Shown here piece by piece: positions 43,052-51,689 of a stretch of 64,000 nucleotides of DNA. Below the pieces are notes generated by a model. That model was not told the DNA's origin. It saw only the letters and a list, made by a program, of their open reading frames with translations, and did no database searches. This DNA comes from Gammaproteobacteria bacterium (GTDB lineage Bacteria > Pseudomonadota > Gammaproteobacteria > SURF-13). Made by a program: the position numbers and the translations under genes. Positions within the stretch are counted from its first letter, which is position 1. Each line of letters starts with the position of its first letter. The stretch spans positions 139,046-203,045 of the forward strand of contig JAUXUQ010000001.1 of NCBI GenBank assembly GCA_030680605.1, written 5' to 3'.

Positions 43052-45463
43052 ATGAAAAGAATGTTATTTAACGCAACTCAGCCTGAAGAGTTGCGGGTTG
43101 CGCTGGTTGAAGGCCAGCGTCTGTATGATCTGGCCATTGAAACCTTCGGTCGGGAACAGAAAAAATCCAACATCTACAAAGGCAGGGTCACACGTGTAGA
43201 GGCCAGCCTGGAGGCCGCGTTTATTGACTACGGCGCGGAACGCCATGGCTTCCTGCCGCTGCGCGAAATTGCCCGTTCGAATTTTCTCCCCAGCTACAAC
43301 CCGGGCGCCGGGCGCAGCGGCATCAAGGACATGCTGCGAGAAGGCCAGGAAATTGTGGTGCAGGTGGAAAAGGAGGAGCGCGGCACCAAGGGCGCGGCAC
43401 TCACCTCCTTTATCAGCCTCGCGGGCCGCTATCTGGTGCTCATGCCCAACAACCCGGGGGCCGGAGGGGTCTCCCGGCGCATCGAAGGTGAAGACCGCGC
43501 CGAAATGCGCGATGCGCTCAACTCCCTCACCTTGCCGGAAGACATGGGGCTCATTGTACGTACCGCAGGTGTCGGCAAGAGCGCAGAGGAGTTGCAATGG
43601 GATCTTGATTACCTGCTGCATCTCTGGAAGTCCATCCAGGGGGCCACCGGTACGCGCTCTGCGCCCTATCTGATCTATCAGGAAAGCAATTTCGTCATCC
43701 GCGCGATCCGCGACTATCTGCGCAAAGACATCAGCGAGATACTGATTGATAACGAGGCCGTCTACAACGAAGCACGCGAGTTCATGCAACAGGTGATGCC
43801 GCACAACCTGGTCAAGGTCAAGCTTTACGAAGACGATGTACCGCTGTTCTCCCGGTTCCAGATCGAAAGCCAGATCGAATCCGCCTTCCGGCGCGAAGTA
43901 CGCCTGCCTTCAGGCGGCGCCATTGTGATTGATCACACCGAGGCGCTGGTGTCCATCGATATAAACTCGGCGCGCGCTACCCGTGGCAGCGACATTGAGG
44001 AAACAGCCCTTAACACCAACCTTGAAGCTGCGGACGAAATCGCTTGTCAGTTGCGGCTGCGCGATCTCGGTGGCCTCATCGTGATCGACTACATCGACAT
44101 GACGCCGCCGCGTAACAAACGTCTGGTGGAAGAGCGTCTGGAAGAAGCGCTCAAAATGGATCGGGCACGGGTTCAGGTCGGGCGCATTTCGCGATTTGGC
44201 CTGCTCGAAATGTCACGTCAGCGTCTGCGTTCTTCTCTGGGCGAGTCCACCCGGATGATGTGCCCCCGCTGCAGCGGCCAGGGTACCATCCGCAGCGTCG
44301 AATCGGCCGCGCTCTCCACACTGCGCATCATTGAAGAAGAGGCCCTCAAAGAAAATACCGCGCGTATTGTCGCGCAATTACCGGTCAATGTCGCCACCTA
44401 CCTCTTGAATGAGAAGCGCCAATCCGTGCACAGCATCGAGCAGCGTCACCACATTGGTGTGGTCCTGGTTCCGAATGCATCAATGCAGACACCGCAGTAC
44501 GAAATACAGCGCTTGCGAACAGATGACATTCCTGCCGATGAGGCCAATACGCCCAGCAGCTACCAGCTGGCCACGGTAGTCCAGGCTGTAAGCGAGAAAA
44601 TGGGCACCATGCACAGGCCCACCATAGAAGAACCGGCCGTCAAAGGCCTGCTCCCCATGCCACCACCGGTACCTGTGGTGCACGTACAAAGCAGTGAGGC
44701 CGTGGCGGATGGCCCTGGCCTGCTTGTCCGTCTGTGGAAAAAACTGGTCGGTAGCGACACCCCGGCTGTGGCCACGGCAACTCCTGCACAGCGTCCCAAA
44801 GAATCTGCCGCACGTGGCCGCGACAAGGGACGCGGCCGTGAACGCAGCAAGGCACGCCAGGAGCAGCACGAAGGTCGTCGGGTGCGCGAGCGTGAGCAGC
44901 GCGAACGCACCCAGACAGCAAAGACACAGCGCCCGGCAACCCCGCAGCCTCTCCAGCAACCCGCACAAGACAGAACTGCCGCACACAAACCAGAAACTCC
45001 GGCAGACACCACACCTGTACAGGCTTCCCCGCCGCCCACCACAGAAGCCGTTGAGCGGGAGGCTGCGGCTACACCAGAACGGCCACGCAGCGGTCGCCGG
45101 GGTCGCCGGGGTGGAAGGCGTCGGCGTCCGGAAGGCGGTGCCTCTGCACCTGCGCCACAGTCCGCCACTGGCGCAGACGAAGCTACTGTAACCGGGCAGC
45201 CTGCTGCCGAACGGCCTCCCTCAGCCCCGCTTGATGCCGGACAACTGCCTGCGGCAGCTGCACACCCTGCCGAACCTGTACGCAAACCTGTCGCCAGTGC
45301 GCCGCTGCCAATTCAGGCGCCATTTCCGGCCGCAGTGATCCCCGATCTGGAGCGCTCGCGTCCGGCATTTCCGCTACCCGGGATACAACATCACAGTCCT
45401 GCGCCTGCCGCCACCGAGCCGCGTGAGAGCCTGCACGCCACACCGGAGAACAAGGCTGATTAA
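43052..45463 (+). CDS. rne: ribonuclease E
   Basis: 803 aa. [27 protein letters not shown] start, S1 domain, [12 protein letters not shown] zinc-link, then an Arg/Pro/Ala-rich low-complexity scaffold C-terminus. Confidence 0.95.
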   Translation: MKRMLFNATQPEELRVALVEGQRLYDLAIETFGREQKKSNIYKGRVTRVEASLEAAFIDYGAERHGFLPLREIARSNFLPSYNPGAGRSGIKDMLREGQEIVVQVEKEERGTKGAALTSFISLAGRYLVLMPNNPGAGGVSRRIEGEDRAEMRDALNSLTLPEDMGLIVRTAGVGKSAEELQWDLDYLLHLWKSIQGATGTRSAPYLIYQESNFVIRAIRDYLRKDISEILIDNEAVYNEAREFMQQVMPHNLVKVKLYEDDVPLFSRFQIESQIESAFRREVRLPSGGAIVIDHTEALVSIDINSARATRGSDIEETALNTNLEAADEIACQLRLRDLGGLIVIDYIDMTPPRNKRLVEERLEEALKMDRARVQVGRISRFGLLEMSRQRLRSSLGESTRMMCPRCSGQGTIRSVESAALSTLRIIEEEALKENTARIVAQLPVNVATYLLNEKRQSVHSIEQRHHIGVVLVPNASMQTPQYEIQRLRTDDIPADEANTPSSYQLATVVQAVSEKMGTMHRPTIEEPAVKGLLPMPPPVPVVHVQSSEAVADGPGLLVRLWKKLVGSDTPAVATATPAQRPKESAARGRDKGRGRERSKARQEQHEGRRVREREQRERTQTAKTQRPATPQPLQQPAQDRTAAHKPETPADTTPVQASPPPTTEAVEREAAATPERPRSGRRGRRGGRRRRPEGGASAPAPQSATGADEATVTGQPAAERPPSAPLDAGQLPAAAAHPAEPVRKPVASAPLPIQAPFPAAVIPDLERSRPAFPLPGIQHHSPAPAATEPRESLHATPENKAD

Positions 45464-45477
45464 TGCACGCCGCGCCG

Positions 45478-46335
45478 TCAGCAACCAAAGCGGCGCAGTA
45501 CACCCTCGACGGAGGCCACATAGCTGCCGCCGAACAGGCGCACATGCACCAGTAGCGGATACAGGTTGTAGATATCGCGGCGCACCTCCATAAAGCCGGG
45601 GGCAATCGGGTTAAGTTCGTTGTAGCGCTCAAAGAAAGGCCCGCCGAAGGTTCCGAACAGCGTGGTAAAGGCGAGCTCGATCTCGGGGTGGGCGTAGTAA
45701 ATGGCGGGGTCGATAAAGCCTGTGATCCGACCATTACGGGCCAGCACGTTGGCAGTCCAAACATCGCCGTGAATCAGTGCAGGGTACCTCGGCTCCTCCA
45801 GCCAGCTGTCGAGACGTGCCGCGAACCTTTCCAGCCGGGTCAATAATGCCTGCGGCATGCGCCGGGCAGATACCGCCTCTCCGCCCATGTACAGCAGGCG
45901 CTGGTCGCGGAAAAATTCCAGCCAGGACGCGGTCCACGGGTTTGGCTGGCGCAAACCGCCTATCAGAGTTTCTTCCTCAAAGCCAAAACCCTGCGGGGCA
46001 TGTAACCGGTGCAGCGCCGCCAACAGCTCGGCCGCATGCGATTGCGCCGATGGCGGAAACTGGCTTTCACCCTCAATGTACTCCATTAACAACAATGTGT
46101 TGCTGCTGTGCAAAACCGCCGGTACCGGCAGGCTGGTGTGCGTAGCGAGATAGGACAGCATCCGGCCCTCACAGACCAGACGCGGGGTGGGAGAGCGATC
46201 TATTTTTGCCACCCATGCACGACCATCAGCGCAGGTGACATGGTACACCTCGCCCACACAACCGCCTGTCAAAGGCTCTATGGAGCGCGGCACACTACCG
46301 GTAATCGCGGCAACCGTATCCTGCCACCCGGGCAT
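45478..46335 (-). CDS. fructosamine/ketosamine-3-kinase family protein
   Basis: 285 aa. GGCVGEVY, HGDVWTANVL and YYAHPEIELAF motifs. The start overlaps the ptp stop by 1 nt (TGATG). Confidence 0.8.
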   Translation of the reverse strand: MPGWQDTVAAITGSVPRSIEPLTGGCVGEVYHVTCADGRAWVAKIDRSPTPRLVCEGRMLSYLATHTSLPVPAVLHSSNTLLLMEYIEGESQFPPSAQSHAAELLAALHRLHAPQGFGFEEETLIGGLRQPNPWTASWLEFFRDQRLLYMGGEAVSARRMPQALLTRLERFAARLDSWLEEPRYPALIHGDVWTANVLARNGRITGFIDPAIYYAHPEIELAFTTLFGTFGGPFFERYNELNPIAPGFMEVRRDIYNLYPLLVHVRLFGGSYVASVEGVLRRFGC

Positions 46336-46823
46336 CAGCGCTTCAGATGATGCTGGCGGATATCCTCGAGCAGTCCATAAGAGGCCTCCTCAACCAGATC
46401 AATGACCCGTTCAAAACCGCTGGATCCGCCATAGTAAGGGTCAGGCACTTCGCGCTCACTCAGGTGTGGCGCAAATGCCAGCAGCAGCCGTAGCTTCTGC
46501 CGCTGGACCGTATCGACACACAGCTGCTCAAGGTTGGCACGGTTTTCATTGTCCATGGCAAGCACGTAATCAAACTGCTCAAAATCAGACACCTGCACAC
46601 GTCGCGCACGTTGCTCACGGATATCAAAGCCACGGATCAAGGCACTGCGTTGGGCGCGCTCGTCGGGCGGATCGCCGACGTGATAGCTGTGAGTACCGGC
46701 CGAATCTACAGCCACACGGTCCTGCAGGCCCTCCTGCTCAAGCAGCTGCTCAAAGAATCCGTGCGCCAGCGGCGATCGGCAGATGTTGCCCATGCATACA
46801 AATAGTACTTTCACGATTGGCAT
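46335..46823 (-). CDS. ptp: low-molecular-weight protein-tyrosine phosphatase; first 5 codons supplied by the inserted element
   Basis: 162 aa. VLFVCMGNICRSP P-loop (CX5R-S) and DPYYG motif. Codons 6-13 lie in the 25-bp att repeat. Confidence 0.9.
   Translation of the reverse strand: MPIVKVLFVCMGNICRSPLAHGFFEQLLEQEGLQDRVAVDSAGTHSYHVGDPPDERAQRSALIRGFDIREQRARRVQVSDFEQFDYVLAMDNENRANLEQLCVDTVQRQKLRLLLAFAPHLSEREVPDPYYGGSSGFERVIDLVEEASYGLLEDIRQHHLKR
46784..46808 (+). repeat. attL core (25-bp direct repeat TGTTGCCCATGCATACAAATAGTAC)
   Basis: Exact match to 56271-56295. Lies inside ptp codons 6-13. Confidence 0.9.
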
Positions 46824-46900
46824 GATTGTGGTAACATGTTGATTTATAAGAGTTGCAAAACTTATATTTACTTATATAAACATTTAATCTAGTATTTTCG

Positions 46901-46920
46901 GTGTATCCAGCGGTGTATCC
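46901..46920 (+). repeat. two GTGTATCC motifs (putative integrase arm-type sites) at the left arm
   Basis: GTGTATCC at 46901-46908 and 46913-46920. The same octamer recurs four times next to attR. Confidence 0.6.
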
Positions 46921-46927
46921 GAAGGCC

Positions 46928-47962
46928 ATGAATGAGACAACTATCAGGGCGCTGAGACAACAAGCCGCCGACTATATGACCGGGTGCGGCGGGGGCTTGT
47001 GGTTGCGGGTTCGCACCACCGGGCGCAAAACCTTCATCGTCCGCCGCAAGGTGGCCGGCAAGCCCAAAGTTATCACCCTGGGAGATTGGCCTACCCTTTC
47101 GCTCAAAGATGCATCCCGGCTTGCCGTCACCGTCAAAACACCTTCTGACGCCACCATCGGCACCTTGCTTCAACGATACCACGACGCGGTCATCAAAGGC
47201 CATGCCAGGCCCGCGCAGTTCGCCACCTACGAGAAACGCATCCGACTGGCCATGGGGAATGCCCGCGTGTCCGAAGTCACCGCGAAGCGCCTAGCGGAGT
47301 TGGTATCGAACCACCGGAGCACGCCGAGGGCGGCAGACAGCCTGCGCAGCCATCTCAAGGCCATGTTCGCCCTCGCCATTGAGCTCGGCTTGCGGGATGA
47401 CAACCCCGCTTCCGTCATTGGCGCCCGCGTCACCGGGTACACCTACGCGCCGCGCACCCGCGTCCTGACCCATGATGATATCCGCCAACTATGGGCCTGG
47501 GATGGCCGCAACGCGGCGCTGTTGCGCTTCCTGCTGCTTACGGGCCTTCGGATATCAGAGGGCCAGCATGGGCGGCAGGACGGCGATCTGTGGCGCATCG
47601 AAAAAACCAAAAACGGCAGGCCGCATTGGGTGTTCCTGACGCCCACGGCAAAAACACAGCTTGCAGAATCATTCAATGTATCCCCGACCGCCGTGCAAGC
47701 GTGGGTGCGGCGTCGCGGCGTGACTTGGACGCCGCATGATCTGCGCCGCACCTTCGCCACGCTGGCGAAAGATGCCGGCGTCCTGCCGCACGTTATCGAG
47801 AAGGCATTAAACCACGCTCTCGAAGGGATGCTGCGCATTTACGACCACGCCGAAATGACCGAGGAACGCATCGTTGCAGCGAAGACGGTCGAGCGCGTGG
47901 TGCTCGAAATCACTGGGGCCACCGGCAGTACCGGCGGCAAAAAAAGCGGGGCCGCAAGGTGA
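46928..47962 (+). CDS. int: tyrosine site-specific integrase (P4-type, with N-terminal arm-binding DUF4102-like domain)
   Basis: 344 aa from ATG 46928. N-terminal GLWLRVRTTGRKTFIVRRKVAGKPKVITLGDWPTLSLKDA, and a catalytic region with HDLRRTFATLA ... LNH ... RIYDH. Confidence 0.9.
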   Translation: MNETTIRALRQQAADYMTGCGGGLWLRVRTTGRKTFIVRRKVAGKPKVITLGDWPTLSLKDASRLAVTVKTPSDATIGTLLQRYHDAVIKGHARPAQFATYEKRIRLAMGNARVSEVTAKRLAELVSNHRSTPRAADSLRSHLKAMFALAIELGLRDDNPASVIGARVTGYTYAPRTRVLTHDDIRQLWAWDGRNAALLRFLLLTGLRISEGQHGRQDGDLWRIEKTKNGRPHWVFLTPTAKTQLAESFNVSPTAVQAWVRRRGVTWTPHDLRRTFATLAKDAGVLPHVIEKALNHALEGMLRIYDHAEMTEERIVAAKTVERVVLEITGATGSTGGKKSGAAR

Positions 47963-48015
47963 ACCACCACCAAGCGACCCCTGACCACAACCGCAACCAA
48001 CAAGGAGTAGCGATC

Positions 48016-48339
48016 ATGGCTGACACCAATTCTATCATCAATATTGAAAATGAAATTTTCGATGCAATGTGTACCGTGGACGAAGCTGCGGCTCTTCTGC
48101 GCACGTATCTCAGCTTGATGTCCGATACAATTCCTGATCTTGGGGTACCGGCATACGATGGAAAATGCCTGGACGATTCAGGCCAGAGCGCCGAGGTGAG
48201 AATGAGCTCGCGATTCTACGCACTGCTGCCGCCGGCCCATGAACAGGTGTATCGGCTTTACAGGCTTAAGGATAAGCTGGGGGCGCTCTACGCCGCCGCG
48301 TCGCGGCGGGCACTAGCAGATGGCGTTGTTTCAATATGA
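48016..48339 (+). CDS. hypothetical protein (island)
   Basis: 107 aa from ATG 48016, with AGGAG 7 nt upstream. No family recognised. Confidence 0.55.
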   Translation: MADTNSIINIENEIFDAMCTVDEAAALLRTYLSLMSDTIPDLGVPAYDGKCLDDSGQSAEVRMSSRFYALLPPAHEQVYRLYRLKDKLGALYAAASRRALADGVVSI

Positions 48340-48554
48340 ACAACCAACCTGCTGCAAGCAAGGGCGTATATTTCACCACTGACCCGAAGATGATCCGTTT
48401 GTGCAGGCAACTGGAAGCCGCACCAGAGTGGATAAAGGATAAGGCCGTACGGTACGCGATCCGGGTAGCGAACAAGGACCCCAAGCTGCAACGCCTCATT
48501 GAGTTGCGGGACAAGGGCTTCATTTCGCCTGAGGAGTTCTGGCGGCGGATGTAA
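48336..48554 (+). CDS. hypothetical small protein (island), ATGA-coupled to the upstream ORF
   Basis: 72 aa. Overlaps the previous stop (ATGA). No family recognised. Confidence 0.5.
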   Translation: MNNQPAASKGVYFTTDPKMIRLCRQLEAAPEWIKDKAVRYAIRVANKDPKLQRLIELRDKGFISPEEFWRRM

Positions 48555-48655
48555 CTAGGTTTGCCGCGCCTAGCCCGACGGGGCGAATAGCCGGGATACC
48601 TTCACCGGCATGGTGCGGCTCTTATTTGAGGGTGGCACTGTGAAGGGTGTGCGCC

Positions 48656-49396
48656 ATGAAAAAACCAATACCAATCGATGATGTACTCGATTATGTCTCT
48701 TTTCGACGAGAGGAAGACAAGTATATCCCCAAGGAAAAAGCGAAGGAGTTTCATAATACATGCTTTAAAATAGTGTCCGAAGCGCTGCTTGAAACACTCG
48801 GCAAAGTATCTGGCAAGCTACGGGATGAAGTCTCGCGTGGTAGTGGCCAACACGTCCTTGTTGAAATGCTGAGCAAAGCTTTTGAGGAAGCATTTTATGA
48901 GGCCGCGCGAAAAATTGAAAAATTAGGCGAAAATGACTGGGGCATGGCCCGTGCTGCTGCCGCTTCTGCGGCTGCTCTGCGAGGTGAGGAACCACCACCT
49001 GAGGATGATTTTACATGGCTTGCCCTGGCAGCAAAACACGGCAACGAGATTGAGTACCGCCAAGCCATGCAACACGAAATTATCGGCATATTGAAAAGTG
49101 GTAAACCACTGCCAAATGCCGCACGCCTTTGGCTAGCTTACGTTATTGAGCGAGTACAAATTCCACATGACGGTAAGCACGCACCGCTGCGCAGGCGGAC
49201 GCGCGAGGCGCGTCGATACTACTTGGCAGAGTTTATTGTCGAAGATGAAAAAGCCCATATGCGCAGCACCACCACTGCGCGATTAAAACGCGCTACCAAG
49301 CAACTGCACGTCTCTTATGAGACAGCTCGCGCCAGCTATTACGCAAAGGATTTTAAGTGGATGTTGGATTATCTGCGAAAAAAACAAGACGTGTAA
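48656..49396 (+). CDS. hypothetical protein with a possible C-terminal helix-turn-helix (island)
   Basis: 246 aa from ATG 48656. Lower GC than the rest of the island. The C-terminal segment RLKRATKQLHVSYETARASYYA looks HTH-like. No family recognised. Confidence 0.6.
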   Translation: MKKPIPIDDVLDYVSFRREEDKYIPKEKAKEFHNTCFKIVSEALLETLGKVSGKLRDEVSRGSGQHVLVEMLSKAFEEAFYEAARKIEKLGENDWGMARAAAASAAALRGEEPPPEDDFTWLALAAKHGNEIEYRQAMQHEIIGILKSGKPLPNAARLWLAYVIERVQIPHDGKHAPLRRRTREARRYYLAEFIVEDEKAHMRSTTTARLKRATKQLHVSYETARASYYAKDFKWMLDYLRKKQDV

Positions 49397-49398
49397 TA

Positions 49399-49431
49399 TT
49401 AACCAATCAGTTATTTAGAATGATTGGTTAA
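49399..49431. repeat. perfect 11-bp inverted repeat (TTAACCAATCA-N11-TGATTGGTTAA)
   Basis: Read directly. Lies between the 246-aa ORF and the excisionase-like gene. No T-run follows, so an operator is as likely as a terminator. Confidence 0.7.
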
Positions 49432-49480
49432 ATGTAGTCACGTTAGCATTCCCTCATGTTAAAGGATGTGAGGAAATGAA

Positions 49481-49768
49481 ATGCGCGACACTAAGCCCCA
49501 TGCCCCCCCTCTCCCGCTAGCGGTCAACCTCAGGGGTGCGGCAGAACTGTCGTCCTTTTCAGAATCGACAATCGACCACGCTATCCGTGCCGGTGAACTG
49601 TCATGCCGACGGCACGGCAACCGCGTCCTTATCCGTACTGCCGATCTGGCCGCGTGGATTGACGCCCTCCCGTCCGGGCGCCCTGCGGCGCCACCCCATC
49701 TCGAAGGCCGCCGTACCGGGCGCCCGCCGACGCGGCCGCAGAAAATGGGCAAGCTGCGCCATGGCTAA
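49481..49768 (+). CDS. excisionase/AlpA-like helix-turn-helix DNA-binding protein
   Basis: 95 aa. LRGAAELSSFSESTIDHAIRAGELSCRRHGNRVLIRTADLAAWIDAL matches the excisionase-family HTH pattern. Pro/Arg-rich tail. Confidence 0.75.
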   Translation: MRDTKPHAPPLPLAVNLRGAAELSSFSESTIDHAIRAGELSCRRHGNRVLIRTADLAAWIDALPSGRPAAPPHLEGRRTGRPPTRPQKMGKLRHG

Positions 49769-50090
49769 GCACCAGCCCATGCACAATTTCGTCGCTCTGC
49801 CGCCCGGCAAACGGGTGCAGGATGTCTTGCCGTGGTTCAAAGGAGTGAAGCACGAGGCGCCGCCGCTCGGCACACCATGCCCTTATTGCGCCAGCTGTCG
49901 CAAGCTATTCACGCCAGCGCGCAGGCGGCGATACGATCTCAAAATTATTCCCCTTCACATCCAGCTTCCCCTTATTTTTCTTTATCACCTTTGCGGCGCG
50001 TGCTCGCATAAATATCAGATCGGCGGTGAGGAAAAGGAAGGCGTGTTGGCAGCAGTGGAGCAATTCATTGAGGGCGAGAAAAGCCAATGA
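49761..50090 (+). CDS. Cys4 zinc-ribbon-like small protein (island)
   Basis: 109 aa from ATG 49761, which overlaps the upstream stop (ATGGCTAA). CPYCASC ... CGAC cysteine pairs. No family recognised. Confidence 0.55.
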   Translation: MAKHQPMHNFVALPPGKRVQDVLPWFKGVKHEAPPLGTPCPYCASCRKLFTPARRRRYDLKIIPLHIQLPLIFLYHLCGACSHKYQIGGEEKEGVLAAVEQFIEGEKSQ

Positions 50091-50108
50091 TCCAGGCCGA
50101 GGCTACCA

Positions 50109-50966
50109 ATGCCAAATAGAATTTTGCGCGAAGGCATTCTCGCTAGCGAGCGCGTAGCAATGCTCTCCTGGGCCGAAGAGGTTTTTTACCGCCGCATCAT
50201 GTCGGTGGTTGATGATTTTGGTCGTTATCATGCGAACCCTAAGCTGCTGCGGGCAGCATGTTACCCACTCTTGATCGATAAAGTATCCGACGCGGACACT
50301 GGGAAGTGGCTCACCAGTTGCGTGACAGCGGCCCTTGTAAGTGTGTACCTGGCACCGGACGGGAAGCGATACCTGCAACTGCTGGACTTCCGCCAGCAAA
50401 CGCGAGCAGAAAAGAGCAAGTACCCGCCACCGCCTGAAGGATGCACGGCAGCTACTACGCATGTGAGTAGCATCTGCGTAGCAGATGCGCACTTAGACGG
50501 AGACGGAGACGGAGACGTAGAAGACCTTGCGCAGCCTGCGGCATGCGCCGACACGTCAAGAGTTCCAAGAGCGCCAACAGTCAGGGGTGATGGGTTCCCC
50601 GCATTCTGGCGGGTGTACCCGAAGAAGCGCAGCAAGGGGGATGCCGAGAAGGCGTGGAAGACGCTCAAGCCGGACAAGGCGCTACAGACCACAATAATCA
50701 CCGCTGTGGAGCATGCCAAGAAGAGCAAGGACTGGGTGAAGGATGGTGGTGAGTTCATCCCCTACCCTGCTAAGTGGCTTCGGGGGAAAGGTTGGGAGGA
50801 TATTGATCTTGTCGCGGTCGCCGCGCAATCATCCAATCGACGGTCGTGCTGCTGGATAGACGATCACGGGGTGTCGTGCGCGGCGACTAGTGTTGGACAT
50901 GTATCTGGCAAGGGCTATTGCCAGAATAAAGCACACCAAGACTTTGCGTTTTACGGCGAAAAGTAA
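50109..50966 (+). CDS. phage replication-organizer-like protein
   Basis: 285 aa. The N-terminal NRILREGILASERVAMLSWAEEVFYRRIMSVVDDFGRY and the C-terminal FWRVYPKKRSKGDAEKAWKTL...W..DGGEFIPYPAKWLRGKGWED resemble prophage replication-initiation/organizer proteins (from memory). Confidence 0.6.
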   Translation: MPNRILREGILASERVAMLSWAEEVFYRRIMSVVDDFGRYHANPKLLRAACYPLLIDKVSDADTGKWLTSCVTAALVSVYLAPDGKRYLQLLDFRQQTRAEKSKYPPPPEGCTAATTHVSSICVADAHLDGDGDGDVEDLAQPAACADTSRVPRAPTVRGDGFPAFWRVYPKKRSKGDAEKAWKTLKPDKALQTTIITAVEHAKKSKDWVKDGGEFIPYPAKWLRGKGWEDIDLVAVAAQSSNRRSCCWIDDHGVSCAATSVGHVSGKGYCQNKAHQDFAFYGEK

Positions 50967-51211
50967 GGGGCGTGGATCGCTGCGCTCTCTGTGTGAGCGC
51001 TGGTGGCCGCTACCATATTGCCCGCATGTGCTGCAATGTGCGTTCGTGCTGGCACTGCCGACCAGCGACCTGCGAGCCGGGTGGCTGGCGCGAGGATCGC
51101 ACTTAAGGTACTCCCCGTCCGCTCCAAGCAGGGGTAATTCGAACCCCGATTTTTTTGTAGTGGGTGGGCTTTTGGATTGGTTAAAGGTTGGGGCTGTAGG
51201 TTAATCATCCC

Positions 51212-51616
51212 GTGATAGACGCCAGCCCATCAGTCCGCCTCCAGCGCCTGGTAGAAATCGCGCAAGAGCACGATCCGGATCTGGCGCTCTGGCTGCACAG
51301 TGGCGTTGCCGCCTGGCGGGATGGAACCAGCCTTGACGCGGCGCTCGGTCTCCAGTCCAGCGATATGAGAAGGGCGCGCGACCGTGCGCTGCGCGAGGCC
51401 GCCAGATGTATCGACCCGGATGGGGGAATGCCACGCTGGGCGGTGGCTGGCCTGCTTGCGTCTGCGCTGAGATCCTTCGAATCAACCACGTGGCTGCGCT
51501 ACAAGGAAGCGGCGGAACAGCCCCCCCTGCCGCCGCTAAAGCTGGCGCTCTGGGCGGCCTTCCGCAGTGGCGCAAGGCCGATACGCAGTCAGCGAAAACT
51601 ATTCGAGATTCTCTGA
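51212..51616 (+). CDS. hypothetical protein (island)
   Basis: 134 aa with a GTG start. No family recognised. Confidence 0.45.
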   Translation: MIDASPSVRLQRLVEIAQEHDPDLALWLHSGVAAWRDGTSLDAALGLQSSDMRRARDRALREAARCIDPDGGMPRWAVAGLLASALRSFESTTWLRYKEAAEQPPLPPLKLALWAAFRSGARPIRSQRKLFEIL

Positions 51617-51619
51617 CCA

Positions 51620-51655
51620 AATTTCTGACATTGGTCAGAAATTGGGTGTTTTAAT
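51620..51655 (+). terminator. rho-independent terminator-like hairpin
   Basis: 10-bp stem AATTTCTGAC/GTCAGAAATT with loop ATTG, followed by GGGTGTTTTAATAATTT. Confidence 0.6.
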
Positions 51656-51689
51656 AATTTCACATTAACAACTGGTGAGGAATTGAATT

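Noticed and set aside
44480-45285. Several 120-240-aa ORFs in other frames/strand over the 3' third of rne
   Set aside because: This region encodes the low-complexity Arg/Pro/Ala-rich RNase E scaffold. GC-rich low-complexity DNA is open in many frames, and none has independent support.
51100-51160. GGGGT-AATTCGA-ACCCC looked like a tRNA T-arm; possible tRNA or tRNA fragment in the island
   Set aside because: No acceptor stem, D-arm or anticodon arm can be built around it, and the loop is not the TTCRANN consensus. It is kept only as a terminator-like hairpin.
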